64,000 nt of DNA, from positions 927-64,926 of IMG/VR virus record IMGVR_UViG_3300037258_000171; one strand, 5' to 3'. The notes below the pieces were generated by a model that was not told the DNA's origin, ran no database searches, and worked only from the letters and a program-made list of their open reading frames with translations. The position numbers and the translations under genes were made by a program. Shown here in pieces: positions 27,027 to 35,121 of this stretch (the first letter of the stretch is position 1; every line of letters begins with the position of its first letter). This DNA comes from a virus (Duplodnaviria > Caudoviricetes).

Positions 27027-28251
27027 CCCAGCCGAATGTGAACAGCAGGACCGCGAGGACCACTACCGCTGACCCCGTGCCGCCCGAGTTGACCGTGGCG
27101 GCGACCAGCCAGGGCAGCATCACAGCGGCCATGACGGGGTAGCGCCGCATCCGCCACGCCGCCGTCACCATCAGGACCGCGAGCACGGCAACGCCGGCCT
27201 CGCCGAAGTCGAACAGGACGCTGACCCACACCGCGTTCGGCTCCAGCGCCGTCGTCCCGCCGCCGCCGGGGTACATGGCCCTGAAGTACGTGGTGTCAGC
27301 GGACGGCCCGGCGCCGAGGCGCATCCGGCCGCTGTCCCTGGTGATGCTGATGATCTCGCTCGTCCCGGTGAGCCGGGTGTTCGTCCCCTCAATCCCCCCT
27401 GTCTCGGCGGACTGGATGCCCGACACGAGCCGGCCGGCGGCGATCCGGGCGGGGCTGCCGCTGGCCATCAGCGCCTGCGCGTCCGCGTGCTGCACCAGGA
27501 CGACCCCGGCGGGGATGACGACCACCAGGGCCGCGAGCAGCAGCGCGCGGTACCACCACGACGTCACCAGCGCCGCGTAAAGCGGCAGGGTCACCGCCAG
27601 CACCAGGATGCATACCGGGGAGTCCGCCAGCACCACGCCGGCCACCGCAAGCGCCAGCCACGCCCGCGCCCGGCGGCGCAGGCCCAGCAGGGCAACCATC
27701 GCCAGGACCGGCGCCCACGCGGACGGCTCGCCCAGCGTCCCGTACATCCGCAGCGCCCCGTGCGCGTCGTTCACCAGGACCAGGTGCCCGGTCAGGCGGC
27801 TGAACGCGCACGTCACCACGCCTGCCGCCAGGGCCAGCGTCGCCGCCCTCCAGATGACCCGCTCCAGGATGCCGGCGTCGAAGAACAGCGCCGCGTAGAC
27901 CGCCACGGCGATCACCGTCCCGGCCCACACCGCTGCCCCGCCGTCGTAGGACCGCGCGGTCCCGGCTAGCTCGGGCCAGGGACTGAATGCCAGGTAGGCG
28001 ATCACGATCAGCGCCAGCACGGCAGTGACCGCGAAGACCCGCTCCACGGCACGCTCCGGCAGCGGGCCGCGCACCAGCATCACGAACGCCAGCACGGCGA
28101 GGCCGGTCACCTGGAGCTTCACGACGCCGGGCAGCACGCCCACGGTCAGCAGCGGCAGGACAAGCAGCCAGGTCGCGGCGGTTCGCATCCGCGAGTCCCG
28201 CGCCTCGGGTAACGCGGCCAGCCGGGGAACCTGCGGGACCATGACGCTCAT
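26995..28251 (-). CDS. polytopic membrane protein, O-antigen ligase/polymerase (WaaL/Wzy)-like
   Basis: About 10 TM segments; RMYGTLGEPS, TNTR, LGAGP and EPNAVWVSVLFDFGEAG correspond to Wzy_C-type motifs. Confidence 0.7.
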   Translation of the reverse strand: MSVMVPQVPRLAALPEARDSRMRTAATWLLVLPLLTVGVLPGVVKLQVTGLAVLAFVMLVRGPLPERAVERVFAVTAVLALIVIAYLAFSPWPELAGTARSYDGGAAVWAGTVIAVAVYAALFFDAGILERVIWRAATLALAAGVVTCAFSRLTGHLVLVNDAHGALRMYGTLGEPSAWAPVLAMVALLGLRRRARAWLALAVAGVVLADSPVCILVLAVTLPLYAALVTSWWYRALLLAALVVVIPAGVVLVQHADAQALMASGSPARIAAGRLVSGIQSAETGGIEGTNTRLTGTSEIISITRDSGRMRLGAGPSADTTYFRAMYPGGGGTTALEPNAVWVSVLFDFGEAGVAVLAVLMVTAAWRMRRYPVMAAVMLPWLVAATVNSGGTGSAVVVLAVLLFTFGWATRRGSQSAT

Positions 28252-28361
28252 CGCGCGATCCTAGCTGTCACCACCCGCTCACGCTCCGTAATCCCCGCAC
28301 CCCGCAAGCCCCCCGGGGGCCACGACCAGGCCGCCAGCGGCAATCACCGAGGGGGCGACCG

Positions 28362-28715
28362 TTGCACTGGCTTCCCCTCCTGGCCTTGTCGGTCAGCCCG
28401 GTGCCCGCAATCGCGGAGGGCATCTCGCCAGCCAGCAATGCGGCCGGGGATGTTGTGACCTACCTGCTCGGATTTGGGCCGATCGGGATCGGGATCGTCC
28501 TCTACCAGCTCGGCCTCATCGTCCCGAAGCCGGTCCTGTCAGCAGTCAGGGCCGATGCGGAGAAGTGGCGGCAGGCATTCGAGGACGAGCGGGCAGCCCA
28601 CGCGACGACACGGGAGTCCCTCGCCGTCGCCAATGACCGGGCGGAGGCCGCCGTCGAGGCGGCGCGGGTAACCACCAAGCTGCTGGAAGTGGTCGAGCAG
28701 CGGAGAGATTCCTGA
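28362..28715 (+). CDS. membrane protein, holin-like
   Basis: TM segment, then GLIVPK...EKWRQAFEDE coiled coil; start of the lysis cassette. Confidence 0.6.
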   Translation: MHWLPLLALSVSPVPAIAEGISPASNAAGDVVTYLLGFGPIGIGIVLYQLGLIVPKPVLSAVRADAEKWRQAFEDERAAHATTRESLAVANDRAEAAVEAARVTTKLLEVVEQRRDS

Positions 28716-28716
28716 C

Positions 28717-28935
28717 ATGCGCCTGCGCCGCAAGCACGCGAAGCTGCCGGACCCGGCCGGAGCGGCGGCAGAGGCGATCATCTCGCGCGAGCGTGCCGAG
28801 GCGGAGCTGGAGCGGCAGCGAGCCACCGCGCACGCCGAGCACGTCGATGTCGTGGCCCCGCTGCGCCGGATGCGCGAGCGCAACCACCTCGCCGAGATGT
28901 TCATCCGGACGATCCAGGAGGGGTACCGGCATTGA
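28717..28935 (+). CDS. small lysis-cassette protein
   Basis: LRRMRERNHLAEMF motif, common next to actinophage holins. Confidence 0.65.
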   Translation: MRLRRKHAKLPDPAGAAAEAIISRERAEAELERQRATAHAEHVDVVAPLRRMRERNHLAEMFIRTIQEGYRH

Positions 28936-29258
28936 CGCAGGCCCAGGTACTCCACGACGTCAGCGAATGGGTAATTCAGGCTGCCTTCTGGTGTTCCATC
29001 GCATTCCCGGTCTGGTACACGATCTGCGCTCCCTGGTGGCGCTACCCGGTCGGCCGGGCCATCGTCGCACTGGACTCGGCCATCGCGCTCGCCACGGGGC
29101 CTACGACCATCGGGCTGATCTTCGGGGCGTCGGTCGTAGCCAGCTCGTTCTTCTCCTGGCTGACCGTCTTCGCGTTCGGCTGCATCCCGGTCATCACCAT
29201 CTACCGGGGCGTCGTCGTCTGGCAGGTCCAGCGCCGGGGCGGCAGCGATGGGGGCTGA
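28932..29258 (+). CDS. putative holin (3 TM)
   Basis: YTICAPWWRYPVGRAIV motif. Confidence 0.7.
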   Translation: MTQAQVLHDVSEWVIQAAFWCSIAFPVWYTICAPWWRYPVGRAIVALDSAIALATGPTTIGLIFGASVVASSFFSWLTVFAFGCIPVITIYRGVVVWQVQRRGGSDGG

Positions 29259-29595
29259 CCTCGCTACCGCATCGGTCATCGCCGCGTTCATCGCCCCGCT
29301 GCTGCTGATCTGCGTCTATACGGTCACAGCCCCCTGGTTCAGAACTCAGGTCGGCCGGACGCTGGTCACGACCAACGCGGCTATCTCCCTGGCCCTGCTG
29401 CCGCCGTTCGTCCACCGCGTCAGCGGAGGCCCGGCGGCTGTCAGCGCGGCGTTCACCGTTTTCCAGGCGGCCACCTGGGGATTCCTGGCGCTCGTGCTTG
29501 CCCGCATGTCGTGGGTCATCATCGCCACCCAGCAGCGCGGTCGGCGCGAGGCCCGGGACACCCTCAGCGCCGGGCAGGAGAGGCGCACTACCTGA
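29248..29595 (+). CDS. putative holin (3 TM), paralogue of the previous gene
   Basis: YTVTAPWFRTQVGRTLV motif. Confidence 0.7.
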   Translation: MGADLATASVIAAFIAPLLLICVYTVTAPWFRTQVGRTLVTTNAAISLALLPPFVHRVSGGPAAVSAAFTVFQAATWGFLALVLARMSWVIIATQQRGRREARDTLSAGQERRTT

Positions 29596-29630
29596 CCGCC
29601 CGACTTCCCGCTGACTACCGGAGGTAACCC

Positions 29631-29726
29631 ATGTCCGCATTTCAGCTCGGCGTAGTCGTCCCGCTGTGCTTCATCGCCTTCTGCCACGCCGTCAACCTGC
29701 TGCGGGCACTCGTCGGGAAGGGCTAG
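29631..29726 (+). CDS. 31-aa single-TM peptide, absent from the ORF track
   Basis: GGAGGT SD; MSAFQLGVVVPLCFIAFCHAVNLLRALVGKG*; fills the gap exactly. Confidence 0.55.
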   Translation: MSAFQLGVVVPLCFIAFCHAVNLLRALVGKG

Positions 29727-29729
29727 CGC

Positions 29730-30149
29730 TTGCCGCTCTGGCTGCTGCACTTCCTCGGCATCGACAACGTCTCCGGCGCTGCCTATGCCTGGTGGAGCGG
29801 GGCCGGATCGGACATATCGGAACTCGCCGTGGTCGGCGCGATCCTCGGCCTCCTGCGCAAGCACAACTGCGCGGTGCGCCATTGCTGGCGGATCGGGCGG
29901 CATGTCGTGCCCGGCACTGATCATGCCTGCTGTGCGCGGCACGCGCCGGGCGGCGCTCCCACCCATGACGACGTGATCGCTGACCACCTGGCTGGCGTGA
30001 CGGCTCACGATGCCGCTGAGTCTGTGCCAGCCGCTCCCGCGGACGCCGACCTGGGCCGGAAGCTCGACACGCTCCACGCCGATCTCAGCGACCTGAGTCA
30101 CACGCTCCGGGCAGTCCTGCTCACCCAGCACGAGGGGAGGCAGCCATGA
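29730..30149 (+). CDS. membrane-anchored protein with a Cys/His motif
   Basis: YAWWSGAGSD, TM segment, HNCAVRHCWRIGRH...CCARH. Confidence 0.6.
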   Translation: MPLWLLHFLGIDNVSGAAYAWWSGAGSDISELAVVGAILGLLRKHNCAVRHCWRIGRHVVPGTDHACCARHAPGGAPTHDDVIADHLAGVTAHDAAESVPAAPADADLGRKLDTLHADLSDLSHTLRAVLLTQHEGRQP

Positions 30150-31015
30150 CCGTTCTCGGGAAGCTCCTGGCAGACGCCCGATCCTGGCTCCAGGGCCACG
30201 GCGAGCACACGGAGGCAGCCGTGCAGATCACAGTGCCCGGCCGCTGCCACTTCGACGGCGAGGGCAAGCTCCGCGGCGACATCAAGATCAGCTACAACAA
30301 GCCGTTCCCGACAAAGAACGGCGATTACGGATCGGGCGCGATGGATGGCGTCCTGATGCACACGATGGTCGGGAACCTTCCGGGCACCGTCGCTGTCTTC
30401 AATGAGGACCGCGGCGCGGACTCAGCGAGCGCCACGTTCGGAATCGCACAGGACGGCAGCGTCGTCCAGTTCGGCCCGGTCGGCAAGGGCTGGTATGCGT
30501 GGCATGCCGTCGCGGCCAACCGAACGTACTACGGCATCGAGCACGCCGACAATGCGAACCCGGACAACCCGCTGACCGCTGAGCAGATCGCAGCGTCGGC
30601 GCAGATCGTGGAGGCGCTGTCCGCCTTCGCCGGCTTCCCGCTGCGGCTCGCCAACGCCCCGGGCGAGAAGGGCTATGGCACTCACTTCATGGGCGGCGCG
30701 GCCTACGGCGGGCACTCGTGCCCCGACCTGCCGCCGAAGCACGTCCGGTCGCAGCAGCGCGCCGCGATCCTCACCATTGCCGCAGCCATCAGGAAGGGAC
30801 TCACCGTGATCACGGTCAAGGCAGACGGGAAGACCTCCCTCCACGCCCTCGCGGCTAAGCACGGGATGTCAGCCAGCCACCTGCTGCGGGTGACCGCCGT
30901 GGAGGACAAGAGCTTCCCCGACGACGTGGCCGCGTTCATCAACGACGTGTTCGCCGGGCGGACCTCCGCGACCGGGCCGGTTCCGGCAGGCTGCGAGTTC
31001 AAGGCACCGAAGTAG
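30146..31015 (+). CDS. endolysin, N-acetylmuramoyl-L-alanine amidase (Amidase_2) with a LysM-like C-terminus
   Basis: VLMHTM, SATFGI, AWHA, GIEH, GTHF...HSCP zinc-amidase motifs. Confidence 0.9.
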   Translation: MTVLGKLLADARSWLQGHGEHTEAAVQITVPGRCHFDGEGKLRGDIKISYNKPFPTKNGDYGSGAMDGVLMHTMVGNLPGTVAVFNEDRGADSASATFGIAQDGSVVQFGPVGKGWYAWHAVAANRTYYGIEHADNANPDNPLTAEQIAASAQIVEALSAFAGFPLRLANAPGEKGYGTHFMGGAAYGGHSCPDLPPKHVRSQQRAAILTIAAAIRKGLTVITVKADGKTSLHALAAKHGMSASHLLRVTAVEDKSFPDDVAAFINDVFAGRTSATGPVPAGCEFKAPK

Positions 31016-31202
31016 CCGCTCCGGAGAACGCCACCGGGCACACCGGGACTCCTGGCGTCATCGAGTGCGGGAACGGGTCGGCCCACTCGTGGCCGCATGA
31101 GCACGCCCACCTGAGCCAGGCGTAAGAGCCGCCGGTAGCGGTGACCTTGCTTCCCTGGTCAGCCACGAACACGTGGTGAGGCGGAAGCGCTAGCTCGGTC
31201 AT
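30999..31202 (-). CDS. small zinc-ribbon-like protein
   Basis: WACSCGHEW...CP; ATGA-coupled start at 31202. Confidence 0.5.
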   Translation of the reverse strand: MTELALPPHHVFVADQGSKVTATGGSYAWLRWACSCGHEWADPFPHSMTPGVPVCPVAFSGAATSVP

Positions 31203-31434
31203 GACGCCATCCTCCCAGCCGCAGTCCTGACCACGAGCCACGACCCGCAGTCCTCCACCGCCATCCCGGCCGCCTCCAGCAGGGCCGCGTAGCCGTCCAG
31301 GAACTGGCCGCGCACAGCTACCGCGCCGGGGACGCGGGATGCCAGTGGGCGCGCCAGTCGAGTATCCCGGCCTCTCCCAGGGCCTGCCGGACAGCGGATA
31401 GCAGGTCGGGGGACTCAGCGGCAGCGGCGGTCAT
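31199..31434 (-). pseudogene. small gene with an apparent 1-nt frameshift
   Basis: Both ends are ATGA-coupled to neighbours, but the length of 236 nt is not a multiple of 3. Reads MTAAAAESPDLL...HPAS, then in the -1 frame PGAVAVRGQFLDGYAALLE...RMAS*. Confidence 0.45.
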
Positions 31435-31613
31435 CGGCGCCGGTTTCCGGGCCAGCCGCACGGCAGGTCACGGCCGGCCTCGTCATAGCCGTCGTCACCG
31501 GGCCGCAGTAGGTGGCCGTGCTGGCGCAGCAGCTGCTTATAGCGCTCCGGGTCGAAGTCCTCAGTTCCGCCGCCTGCCTCGCGCCAGAGCTGCGCCGGCG
31601 ATGGTGCGGTCAT
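31431..31613 (-). CDS. hypothetical protein
   Basis: ATGA coupling at both ends. Confidence 0.6.
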   Translation of the reverse strand: MTAPSPAQLWREAGGGTEDFDPERYKQLLRQHGHLLRPGDDGYDEAGRDLPCGWPGNRRR

Positions 31614-31981
31614 GGCTGCGTTCCATCCTGCGGCGGGTCGGCCCACGCGATCGGCGCCCAGTGCGTGACGCGCAGGTCGTCGTAGCCGTCCTTGTCGCGG
31701 AACGTGAAGCCGTCGAAGTGGCCCACCGTCACAGGGATGCCGTAGTCGGCCGCCGGGGCAATCCACACAAGCTCACCGCGCGCCGGGGCGGTGCCAGCCT
31801 TGTCCGCGCTGTCGAACGGGCGCCATTTGACAGTGGTCATCGGGCCACCCCGCCCAGCCGCGATGTGTCCCTCCAGGCACTTCTCGTGCCAGACCACGAT
31901 GCCCTCCGGTGATTCCCGCTCGCCCATGTAGAGCGCCTTGCCGTCGCACCCGGGGCAGTGCTCATAGTCGGCATAGCTCAC
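31610..31981 (-). CDS. hypothetical protein
   Basis: CPGC; C-terminal VTHWAPI (DUF551-like); coupled to neighbours. Confidence 0.6.
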   Translation of the reverse strand: MSYADYEHCPGCDGKALYMGERESPEGIVVWHEKCLEGHIAAGRGGPMTTVKWRPFDSADKAGTAPARGELVWIAPAADYGIPVTVGHFDGFTFRDKDGYDDLRVTHWAPIAWADPPQDGTQP

Positions 31982-32313
31982 GACGTCGCTCCTTCAGGCG
32001 CCCAGCGCGGGTCGTAGTCCGGGTGGTCCCTGTCGATGGCGGCGAGATGCCGGACGGTCGGGCAGGCGCCGGGCCATCCGCCGTCGTCCCTGTTCCAGTC
32101 ACAGGTATGGCACTCGATGCTGCCGCGCCCGTCAGGCTGGTGGGGATGCCCGGCCAGGATCGCCCGCATGGCCGCTACCTCGCGCAGCTCCCGGTCGCAG
32201 TGCTCGATCATCGACGCCCGGTAGTGCGTCCGCTTGAGGGCGCCGTCCTTCGCGGCCTGCGCCGACCAGGCCTTGGCATCGAGTCGCGCGGTGATGAAAT
32301 CCGTGATCGTCAT
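31978..32313 (-). CDS. DUF6221-like protein (second copy)
   Basis: DFITARLD...RELREVAAMRAIL...CPTVRHLAA...HPDYDPRW. Confidence 0.75.
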   Translation of the reverse strand: MTITDFITARLDAKAWSAQAAKDGALKRTHYRASMIEHCDRELREVAAMRAILAGHPHQPDGRGSIECHTCDWNRDDGGWPGACPTVRHLAAIDRDHPDYDPRWAPEGATS

Positions 32314-32528
32314 GCGCTCGCCTCCTGCGTGGCGAGCCGGGCAACCTCGCGGACCGTCTCAGGCCCGGCGGCCAGCAGTTCCTCCGCGAGCTCCAGTCCG
32401 CCGCAGGTCGGCCCGGCCGTATCCAGCTTGCGAGCGGTGCCCTCATCGAGGCCCATCCTCCGCAGCCTGCGGATGGCGGAGTGCAGTCGCATGCCGTCCT
32501 GGAAGATCTGACCCGGCGTGATTGCCAT
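32310..32528 (-). CDS. hypothetical protein
   Basis: Coupled to the downstream gene. Confidence 0.5.
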   Translation of the reverse strand: MAITPGQIFQDGMRLHSAIRRLRRMGLDEGTARKLDTAGPTCGGLELAEELLAAGPETVREVARLATQEASA

Positions 32529-32636
32529 GCATCCATTGTCCCGCACCTGGCCTGTCGTCGCTGGCGCGACACGAGAGTAGCACTACCTGTCAATTGCACG
32601 TCAAGCTGTCCTTTCGGTACCTCTGACCTGCGGTTC

Positions 32637-32727
32637 CGTCCGGAAATCCGGACTCTCAAAGGTGCTGATAGGCAGTCCGGATATCCGGACTATGAGTGAC
32701 CTGCGGCGGAGTCCGGGAATCCGGACT
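32637..32727. repeat. three 18-bp palindromic repeats AGTCCGG-NN-ATCCGGACT at 36-37 bp period
   Basis: Copies at 32637-32654, 32674-32691 (perfect palindrome) and 32710-32727. Confidence 0.9.
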
Positions 32728-33184
32728 GGCGGCCGAGCGCTTTCATCGCCTCGTAGTAGGTGGACTTCGGAATCCTGAGTTCGGCCTGCGCCTCGGCAGC
32801 CGAGAATCCGACCGCACTGAGCATGGCGACCTTGAGCGCGGTCGCGGACAGCTGGCATCGCGCCAGGCGCAGCGCACGCTCGCGGTCGATGACCGGGGCC
32901 GTCTTGCGTGCGGCCTTCGCCGGCCAGAAACAGTCCGGCATGAGCTTGACCAGCGCGGCCGTCAGATCGTCCTGGGACGCCTTGCACTTCTGGCAGTGCC
33001 GCAGGATGGACCGGCCCTTGGCGGTCAGCGTGAGCTTGCCCTGGCCACCGCAGCAGGGGCATGTGGCCGCCCACTCCCACGGGACATCGTGGCCGGCTAC
33101 CCGGCGCGTCTTGGTCGGTCGCCCTCGTAGTTTCGGGGCGGCGTGCCTCAGCGCGCACTCGGTGCCGTCTTCACCGCAGCGCAC
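32690..33184 (-). CDS. primase-type zinc-binding domain plus C-terminal HTH protein
   Basis: WAATCPCCG...LTLT...ILRHCQKC...DDLTAAL; EAQAELRIPKSTYYEAMKAL. Confidence 0.6.
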   Translation of the reverse strand: MRCGEDGTECALRHAAPKLRGRPTKTRRVAGHDVPWEWAATCPCCGGQGKLTLTAKGRSILRHCQKCKASQDDLTAALVKLMPDCFWPAKAARKTAPVIDRERALRLARCQLSATALKVAMLSAVGFSAAEAQAELRIPKSTYYEAMKALGRQSGFPDSAAGHS

Positions 33185-33247
33185 GCTCTACGCGGGTGCA
33201 GGTGAACTGATACGGGAGGTTGCGCGCTGAACTCGCAGCGCTGCCTT

Positions 33248-33352
33248 TAGGCTTGGGGACAAGGCCGATCACCGGACTTTCGCGAGGCGGTGTGACGCTG
33301 AAGTCCTCCGGTTGCGGACCTCACATCCGCTTCCGGGGGCACCCCAAGCCTA
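33248..33352. ncRNA. candidate structured or antisense RNA bounded by an 11-bp inverted repeat
   Basis: TAGGCTTGGGG...CCCCAAGCCTA enclosing several alternative stems; intergenic. Confidence 0.4.
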
Positions 33353-33411
33353 CCGAATCCCTGTGCGAAGAGTGGCCGCATCGTGGCCCGTTGTGACCCG
33401 TACCAGGCAGA

Positions 33412-33741
33412 TCAGGCAGCCCGCGTCGATCGCGGAGAGCGCTGCGAGCGGCGCCACTTCTCTTCCATTGACGCCGCCTCCTGCTCCCGCTTGTTGCCGT
33501 CCCGGTTGCACCCCCGGCACCAGAGGACACGCTTGCCGCCACGCGGCCGGCCCATCTGACCCGTAATCGGATCGCGGACGGGATGCCAGCGCGAGTTCAC
33601 GTGCTCGATGGTGGCGAAGTTATCGGGCAGCACCTCACCCGGCCCGGGCCTGTACCAGATGACCTCGATGCCGCAGTTCCCGCAGTGCGGATCCTGCGCC
33701 ATCAGGTTGGCGCGGCGGTTCCGCAGAGACGACTTCCCCAT
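33412..33741 (-). CDS. small HNH endonuclease
   Basis: HCGNCG...ATIEHV...VLWCRGCNRDGN. Confidence 0.75.
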   Translation of the reverse strand: MGKSSLRNRRANLMAQDPHCGNCGIEVIWYRPGPGEVLPDNFATIEHVNSRWHPVRDPITGQMGRPRGGKRVLWCRGCNRDGNKREQEAASMEEKWRRSQRSPRSTRAA

Positions 33742-33770
33742 CCGTCCATTCTCCCACGTCAGGAGTCCTG

Positions 33771-34055
33771 ATGTCCGAAGTGAAGAAGGCAGGCCTGCGC
33801 GCCGAGATCTCCCGGCTCCGCGAGGAACTGGCCGCCGAGAAGGCCCGCAGCGAAACCCTCCGCGAGCACGCCCACTGCCACGGCTGCACCTGCGCTCACG
33901 CGGCGTGGGTCTACCCGTACGTGCCGACGTACCCGGCCAGTCCGACGCCGGTATGGACTTCACAGCCGTACACCGTCACCTGCGCCAGCGACACCACCGG
34001 CTTCAGCACGGCCACCCTGTCCGGCGTGACCACCACGAACGCGGCTCTCAGCTAG
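33771..34055 (+). CDS. hypothetical protein (coiled coil plus HCHGCTC)
   Basis: AGGAG SD; followed by a terminator. Confidence 0.55.
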   Translation: MSEVKKAGLRAEISRLREELAAEKARSETLREHAHCHGCTCAHAAWVYPYVPTYPASPTPVWTSQPYTVTCASDTTGFSTATLSGVTTTNAALS

Positions 34056-34067
34056 CCCGGAACAGCG

Positions 34068-34108
34068 AACCGGCCCGGTCCCCATCGCGGGGGCCGGGCC
34101 GGTTTCTT
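34068..34108. terminator. bidirectional terminator between convergent genes
   Basis: aaccggcccggtccc-loop-gggccgggccggtttctt. Confidence 0.7.
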
Positions 34109-34123
34109 GCTGTCTGCGGCCAG

Positions 34124-34336
34124 CTACAGGACTGCGGCGGCAACCCGCTCGTGTCTTACGCTGCAGAGAGACGAGCGGTATCTGAGCTGACTCCTGCACT
34201 TCAGCCCCCGTCCCGGCCGCACCACAGACCAGGTGCAAATGCAGGTGCCGGGGACCAGGAGAGTCGGCATCTCCACGGTGCCGGCGGGTACCTGGCCGAT
34301 GCCCTTGCGGAGGTCGAACACGCGGGCGGTGGTCAC
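34124..34336 (-). CDS. small Cys-containing protein
   Basis: GTGA-coupled to the RNA ligase gene. Confidence 0.5.
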   Translation of the reverse strand: MTTARVFDLRKGIGQVPAGTVEMPTLLVPGTCICTWSVVRPGRGLKCRSQLRYRSSLCSVRHERVAAAVL

Positions 34337-35040
34337 GACGCGCCGACCTGCTCGCGCGGACGCCCTGAGCGGCGCCCCTGCGCCCGGAAGTCCTTGCCCT
34401 TCAGCTTGAAGATCAGTCGCTCGCCCCGGTTGTCGTACAGCGGCTCCACGGTCCGCGCGACGATCCCCTCGGCCATGAACTCCGGGTCGAACTCCTGCGC
34501 CGCGCCCGAGGCAAAGCCGTCCCGCACGAGGGCCACGATCTCGGCCAGCGCCATCGGCTCGCCGCCGTTCAGCAGCGGCACGCGGGGGATGCCCAGCTTC
34601 TCCGCGGTCTCCGTGACCGCTCCATCGGACAGGTAGGTGCCATCGGCCACGGCCACGTCAAACAGCGTGAAGCCCTGGTCCGGGCGGTAACGTCCGCCAC
34701 TCTGGATCTTCGCCCCGTAGCCCTCGCCGTAGAGCGTGAGAGCGTCCAGGTCGTGCTCGCGCATGATGGCCAGCACCTCCGGGGCCACGCGGCCGGCGAG
34801 GTCGCTGCAGTGCGCCAGGAGCTTCGGCGGGATCGACGCCTCATCGGTCTTGCCCGCCACGGTGTACGTCGTGCCGTCCTTGATGCGACTGAACCCGATC
34901 CGGATGTTCGTGCCGTCTACCTTCTCCGTCACCAGCCAGCCCGCGATGGTGCCGAACACCGGGCGGCGCAGCTTACTCACGTCCACCCGGAAGTCCTCGT
35001 CCCGGTCGAATAACGTCTCGATCTTGCTGTACGGCTTCAC
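34333..35040 (-). CDS. ATP-dependent RNA ligase (Rnl2-like, nucleotidyltransferase domain only)
   Basis: Motif I TEKVDGTN, III LYGEGYG, IIIa FTLFDV, IV EGIVAR, V FKLK. Confidence 0.9.
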   Translation of the reverse strand: MKPYSKIETLFDRDEDFRVDVSKLRRPVFGTIAGWLVTEKVDGTNIRIGFSRIKDGTTYTVAGKTDEASIPPKLLAHCSDLAGRVAPEVLAIMREHDLDALTLYGEGYGAKIQSGGRYRPDQGFTLFDVAVADGTYLSDGAVTETAEKLGIPRVPLLNGGEPMALAEIVALVRDGFASGAAQEFDPEFMAEGIVARTVEPLYDNRGERLIFKLKGKDFRAQGRRSGRPREQVGAS

Positions 35041-35121
35041 TGCCTCTCCCCTCTCAGCGGAACGGCCCGCGCCAGGTAGCCATGTGCTGCCCGGCGCGGG
35101 CCGATTTCTGCGTTCCTGCGG

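Noticed and set aside
32637-32727. CRISPR or TIGR array
   Set aside because: Only three 18-bp units with 18-19 nt spacers. No cas or Nop-domain gene was recognised and there are no clear box C/D motifs. One repeat lies within a coding region, which fits protein-binding iterons better.
33248-33352. HDV-like/theta ribozyme or retron msr-msd
   Set aside because: GCGAA-AGUCC resembles J4/2-P2, but there is no room for P3/L3/P1 in the right order. No reverse transcriptase is present in the window.
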